From the NCBI GenBank assembly GCA_028698185.1, contig JAQVDW010000045.1, forward strand, positions 1-9,314: a stretch of 9,314 bases of DNA, read 5' to 3'. The DNA comes from Erysipelotrichaceae bacterium. Lineage in GTDB: Bacteria > Bacillota_I > Bacilli_A > Erysipelotrichales > Coprobacillaceae. A program made the translations under genes and the position numbers. Numbering within the stretch: the first letter of the stretch is position 1; every line of letters starts with the position of its first letter. Of the stretch, positions 6,273-9,314 are shown piece by piece. Below the pieces are notes generated by a model. It saw nothing but the letters and a program-made list of their open reading frames with translations. It was not told the DNA's origin and did not search any database.

Positions 6273-9206
6273 CTAATTCAACGCGACGTTGTTGCTTGTG
6301 TCGACAGTCAAATATTCAAATTTTTCCAGATAGATATGGCCTGAAGAATATTGCTTGTTGTCAATGGTCAACAGGACCCGGTTGACCCCATAGTAGGAAC
6401 CGAAGGTGTTGGCGATACATTGGAGCATCATCGCTTCATAGCCGGCTCCAGCGCTCATCTCGCTCAGATACTCTTGGGAAAGGTCGATATAGGCCATTCC
6501 ATCCTGATTGAGGTATAGCCAGTTGATCTTGGTGTTGTTCGAAAAGACTTTTCCCACTGATCCTGGAACCTGCTTGTAGGCATTCTGGAGAACCAGGCGG
6601 GTGATGTCGTTGGTCTTGAAACTGATCGACTTGAACTGATAGTAGATCTTGTCGTCGTTTATATTAGGATAGTAGAATGCGATGTGTTGGACAAGGGCCT
6701 TGTCGGTTTCGATTTTTTCAAGATTGGATGAGATTTCATAGCCTTCACCCTTGCTTAGGATCTTTATCAGCCCGACATTTTGGGCATAGTAGTAGACGTT
6801 CTGGTAGTTTGGTCCCTGGGTTGTCACTTCGACTGTCTTATAGGTCCCCTTAGGGGTGGTTATCTGCTTGTCGATCGCCGTAATCTTCCTTGTGTTGCCG
6901 TTTGCGAGCTGCCAGGATGTGCCGACTTTTACCGGCCCCTGGAGCAACACTTCGCTGGTGTTGGTTTTTTTCAAGGAATTTTCCCGGTAGTAGGTTTCAG
7001 CCTGGCTGTAGGTCAGGGTGACCTTGTCCTTTTCGACCTTGATCACTCTCACGACTTCGGTGCCGCCGTTATTTACCCTTTCCTGATAGGAATTTTCATT
7101 GGTGTAGTCGATATGGGTGTTGAAATAGGCATATTCGTTTCCCTCGCCCTGGTAGGTGTATTGAGTGTTTTGAAGGATCGGGAAGTAGCTTGATGCGGAT
7201 CCGGATGTTGTCGTCGGGCTTAGGGTCGCGATGTCGAACGAATTGGAGAAATCGACATCAAGATATTCGAACCGGCCAAAGGCGAAGTGGCCCGATTCAT
7301 ATAGGCCGCCATCAATGGTCAATACGACCTTTGCGGTCGAGAAATATCCGCCAAAAGTGTTGGCAACACATTGCAGGATCATGCCCTCATAACCGGAACC
7401 CGCATTCATCTCAGTAATGAACGCCCGGTTGAGGTCGATATAGGTCATGCCGTCCTGGTTTAGATAATACCAGTTGATCTTGGTGTTGTTCGAGAAGACC
7501 TTGGCGACATTGGCGGGAACTTCCTTGTAGGCGTTCTGGAATACGATCCTGGTGATGTCGTTTGTCTTGAAGCTGATTGATTTGGTCTGGTAGTAAAGTT
7601 TGTCGTCATTGACGTTTGGATAATAGAATTTGACTGCCTGGACAAAAGCCTTGTCAGTTTCAATCTTGCCAAGCGTAGATGAAACTTCATAATCGGTTCC
7701 GGTGGATACCGATTTGACCAGGCCGATATCCTTGACATAGTAGTCCTTGGTGACGTCAGTGCCGTTTGTGGTCGTCACTTCAATCGCGGTATAGGTGCCA
7801 CTTGGTGTTGTCAAGGCCACAGCGCCGTTGGTAATTTCCCGGGTGGCCCCGCCACCTATACTCCAGCTTGTGCCCACAGTGATGGGACCTTTAAGCAGGA
7901 TTTCATCGGCATTGGTCTTTTTCATCATGTTCGCCCGGGTATAAGCTTCGCCTTGCTGGTAGGTCTTGGTGATGGCGTCGGTGGTTATCTTGATGACCCG
8001 GATAAGTTCGGTCCCGCCATTGTTTATCCTTTGTTGGAGGGTGTTCTGGTCGCTATAATCGATGTACACGTCATATGAGGCGTACTCGTTACCGGCACCC
8101 TGGTAGACATAATGGCTGTTGTCGATGATCGGGAAGTAGTCGCTGGCCACGCTTGTTGGCGTCGCGTCCGGGATATGATCGTCAAAAGTGGCGATGTCGA
8201 AGCTGTTGATTGCATCGACAGCGATCGTTTCATCTTCGAGAAGAGCGATATGGCCGGATTCGTAAAGGTTGCCATCGATCCGCAGCATCACTTCATTGGC
8301 GCCGTAGTATGAACCGAAGGTGTTGGCTAGTGCAGTAAGTATCATCGATTCAAGTTGGGCGCCTGAATTCATTTCGCTTATGAATTGCGAAGACAGATCC
8401 AGATACGCCTGGTTTTCATCATTCAGATAATAGTCGTTGACTGTGGTGTTGGCGCTTAGTACCGGATTGACGTTTTCAGGGACGTCCTTGTAGCCATCCT
8501 GGATTATGGCAGCGGTGCTGTCATTTGTCTTGAATTGGAGCTCTTTGGTCTGGTAATAGATGATCTCATGGTCGAGATTCGGGTAGTAGAAGTTGACACT
8601 TTGAATGATTGCGGCGTCTAAGACAACCGAAGTCAGAATCGAAGTGACGCTTGAATTGGCGGTGATTGTCGTCTTCTTGACCAGGCCGACATCCTTAGCA
8701 TAGTATTCGATTGTTTGATAATCGCCGTAATCTGTTGTCACTTCAATCGCTTCATAGCTCGCAATCGGAGTATCCACTGTTGTGGCGACATTGGTGATGC
8801 TCCGGGTTGCACTCTCACCAAACTGCCAGCTCGAATCGGCGGCAATCGGTGTTTTCAATAAGACAAGATCGGTGTTTGTCTTTTCCAAAAGGTTTTCCCG
8901 GTAAGAAACATTCCGGTCCTGATAGACCAGGGTGACTTGATTATCGGCGGTTTTTATGACGGCCATTTCGCAGGTGTCGTTAGCGTTGACCCTAAGTTGC
9001 ATGGCTTGGTCAGAAGCATAATCAGGATAAACATCGAAGGTACCATAGTCATTTTGATCGCCCTGGTAGTAATACCGGACGTTCTCCATGATTGGAAAGT
9101 AGTCCGAAGCCAAGGCTGAGCCGCCATTGTCAGGATTTAGCGTGTCGCAGGCGGAAAATGAAAACAAGGCCAAGATTAAAGTCATCAGATAAATGATTTT
9201 TTTCAT
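6273..9206 (-). CDS. Large lipoprotein built from three tandem copies of the [169-aa unassigned domain + GerMN-like domain] module
   Basis: 977 codons. MKKIIYLMTLILALFSFSA-C20 is a signal peptide plus lipobox. Modules start at aa 34, 355 and 672. Each opens with (S/D)YFPI and closes with ESGH...(Y/I)(L/A)xVD. Modules are joined by short Pro/Thr/Ser/Asp linkers. SD AAGGAG lies 8 nt upstream of the ATG. Confidence 0.9.
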   Translation of the reverse strand: MKKIIYLMTLILALFSFSACDTLNPDNGGSALASDYFPIMENVRYYYQGDQNDYGTFDVYPDYASDQAMQLRVNANDTCEMAVIKTADNQVTLVYQDRNVSYRENLLEKTNTDLVLLKTPIAADSSWQFGESATRSITNVATTVDTPIASYEAIEVTTDYGDYQTIEYYAKDVGLVKKTTITANSSVTSILTSVVLDAAIIQSVNFYYPNLDHEIIYYQTKELQFKTNDSTAAIIQDGYKDVPENVNPVLSANTTVNDYYLNDENQAYLDLSSQFISEMNSGAQLESMILTALANTFGSYYGANEVMLRIDGNLYESGHIALLEDETIAVDAINSFDIATFDDHIPDATPTSVASDYFPIIDNSHYVYQGAGNEYASYDVYIDYSDQNTLQQRINNGGTELIRVIKITTDAITKTYQQGEAYTRANMMKKTNADEILLKGPITVGTSWSIGGGATREITNGAVALTTPSGTYTAIEVTTTNGTDVTKDYYVKDIGLVKSVSTGTDYEVSSTLGKIETDKAFVQAVKFYYPNVNDDKLYYQTKSISFKTNDITRIVFQNAYKEVPANVAKVFSNNTKINWYYLNQDGMTYIDLNRAFITEMNAGSGYEGMILQCVANTFGGYFSTAKVVLTIDGGLYESGHFAFGRFEYLDVDFSNSFDIATLSPTTTSGSASSYFPILQNTQYTYQGEGNEYAYFNTHIDYTNENSYQERVNNGGTEVVRVIKVEKDKVTLTYSQAETYYRENSLKKTNTSEVLLQGPVKVGTSWQLANGNTRKITAIDKQITTPKGTYKTVEVTTQGPNYQNVYYYAQNVGLIKILSKGEGYEISSNLEKIETDKALVQHIAFYYPNINDDKIYYQFKSISFKTNDITRLVLQNAYKQVPGSVGKVFSNNTKINWLYLNQDGMAYIDLSQEYLSEMSAGAGYEAMMLQCIANTFGSYYGVNRVLLTIDNKQYSSGHIYLEKFEYLTVDTSNNVALN
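6276..7193 (-). repeat. Module 3 (aa 672-977) of the large lipoprotein
   Basis: In register with module 2 at an offset of exactly 951 nt (317 codons). It shares a 24-nt identical run with module 2 (6519-6542 = 7470-7493). Confidence 0.85.
7194..8144 (-). repeat. Module 2 (aa 355-671) of the large lipoprotein
   Basis: The N-domain (aa 355-523) aligns without gaps to modules 1, 3 and S. The C-domain (aa 524-654) is GerMN-like. The linker is NSFDIATLSPTTTSGSAS. Confidence 0.85.
8145..9107 (-). repeat. Module 1 (aa 34-354) of the large lipoprotein, the most divergent copy
   Basis: Same 169-aa + GerMN-like architecture and same register. By hand count, only 74/169 N-domain identities to module 2. 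Confidence 0.8.
9147..9206 (-). other. Type II (lipoprotein) signal peptide with lipobox Cys20
   Basis: MKK + hydrophobic core + FSA|C. The Cys codon TGC is at 9147-9149 (gca on the plus strand). Confidence 0.7.
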
Positions 9207-9214
9207 AATAATCG

Positions 9215-9220
9215 CTCCTT
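9215..9220 (-). promoter_or_regulatory. Shine-Dalgarno site of the large lipoprotein gene
   Basis: AAGGAG on the minus strand (ctcctt on plus), 8 nt upstream of ATG 9206. Confidence 0.6.
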
Positions 9221-9228
9221 TTGAATAT

Positions 9229-9234
9229 ATTATA
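9229..9234 (-). promoter_or_regulatory. Possible -10 box of the lipoprotein operon promoter
   Basis: TATAAT on the minus strand (attata on plus). The hexamer 17 nt upstream is TAATCT, a poor -35, and the leader would be very short. An alternative TGcAATAAT lies further upstream. The call is ambiguous. Confidence 0.2.
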
Positions 9235-9314
9235 AGATCAGGATGATTATCAGATTATTGCATGAGCCGATAGGGGACAAGTCAGGGAAAAAACCGAGTA
9301 GTCCGGTCGCAGGG

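Noticed and set aside
6780-7193. 137-aa plus-strand ORF inside the large lipoprotein gene
   Set aside because: It is antisense to module 3. No equivalent ORF is preserved opposite the homologous modules 1, 2 or S, so it is not under selection.
5248-9206. About 950-nt periodic repeats as a possible CRISPR array, satellite or mobile-element array
   Set aside because: The period equals one protein module (317-321 codons). The repeats are in frame within continuous ORFs and diverge in a codon-wise manner. There are no short direct repeats with unique spacers, no terminal inverted repeats and no transposase.
9288-9307. Possible terminator of an upstream minus-strand gene at the window edge (ACCG-N7-CGGT followed by a T6 run on the minus strand)
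   Set aside because: The stem is only 4-5 bp and the upstream context is cut off by the window end. That is too weak to call.
1-9314. Alternative genetic code (TGA = Trp, Mollicutes-type)
   Set aside because: Five plus-strand genes end at TGA exactly where their homologous domains end and where the next gene's SD and start follow. All Trp residues in conserved motifs are encoded by TGG. The standard bacterial code fits.

Overview
The window looks like ordinary chromosome from a Gram-positive-type (Bacillota-like) genome. It has GGAGG-type ribosome-binding sites, intrinsic terminators, lipobox lipoproteins and the standard genetic code: TGA is a stop in five genes and Trp is always TGG. All family assignments here come from motif reading, not from database searches.

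The plus strand (73-5229) carries seven genes:
- a PHP-family metal-dependent phosphoesterase;
- a GNAT acetyltransferase whose start overlaps the PHP stop (TGATG);
- a small 4-TM membrane protein;
- a YhhN-like polytopic membrane protein;
- a tightly packed three-gene unit: Cof-type HAD phosphatase, short flavodoxin-like protein, and a fused AlkA-type 3-methyladenine glycosylase / O6-alkylguanine-DNA methyltransferase.

A perfect 11-bp bidirectional hairpin (5215-5242) separates these from two convergent minus-strand lipoprotein genes (5248-6261 and 6273-9206).

I found no rRNA, tRNA, CRISPR array, transposase, integrase, or recognisable toxin or defence gene. I cannot support a claim of a new defence-type system here.

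The unusual content is the lipoprotein locus. One ~305-320-aa two-domain module is present four times: three copies fused in one 977-aa lipoprotein and a fourth as a separate lipoprotein 11 nt downstream. Each module is a gapless 169-aa domain I cannot assign, followed by a GerMN-like domain. Hand alignment shows a mosaic similarity pattern between copies that suggests recombination or gene conversion.

Secondary observations:
- an A7 tract at the 3' end of the small membrane gene, where a -1 shift opens a further hydrophobic, TM-like segment;
- the AlkA-MGMT fusion and its coupling to a flavodoxin-like gene;
- two palindromic elements in intergenic regions.
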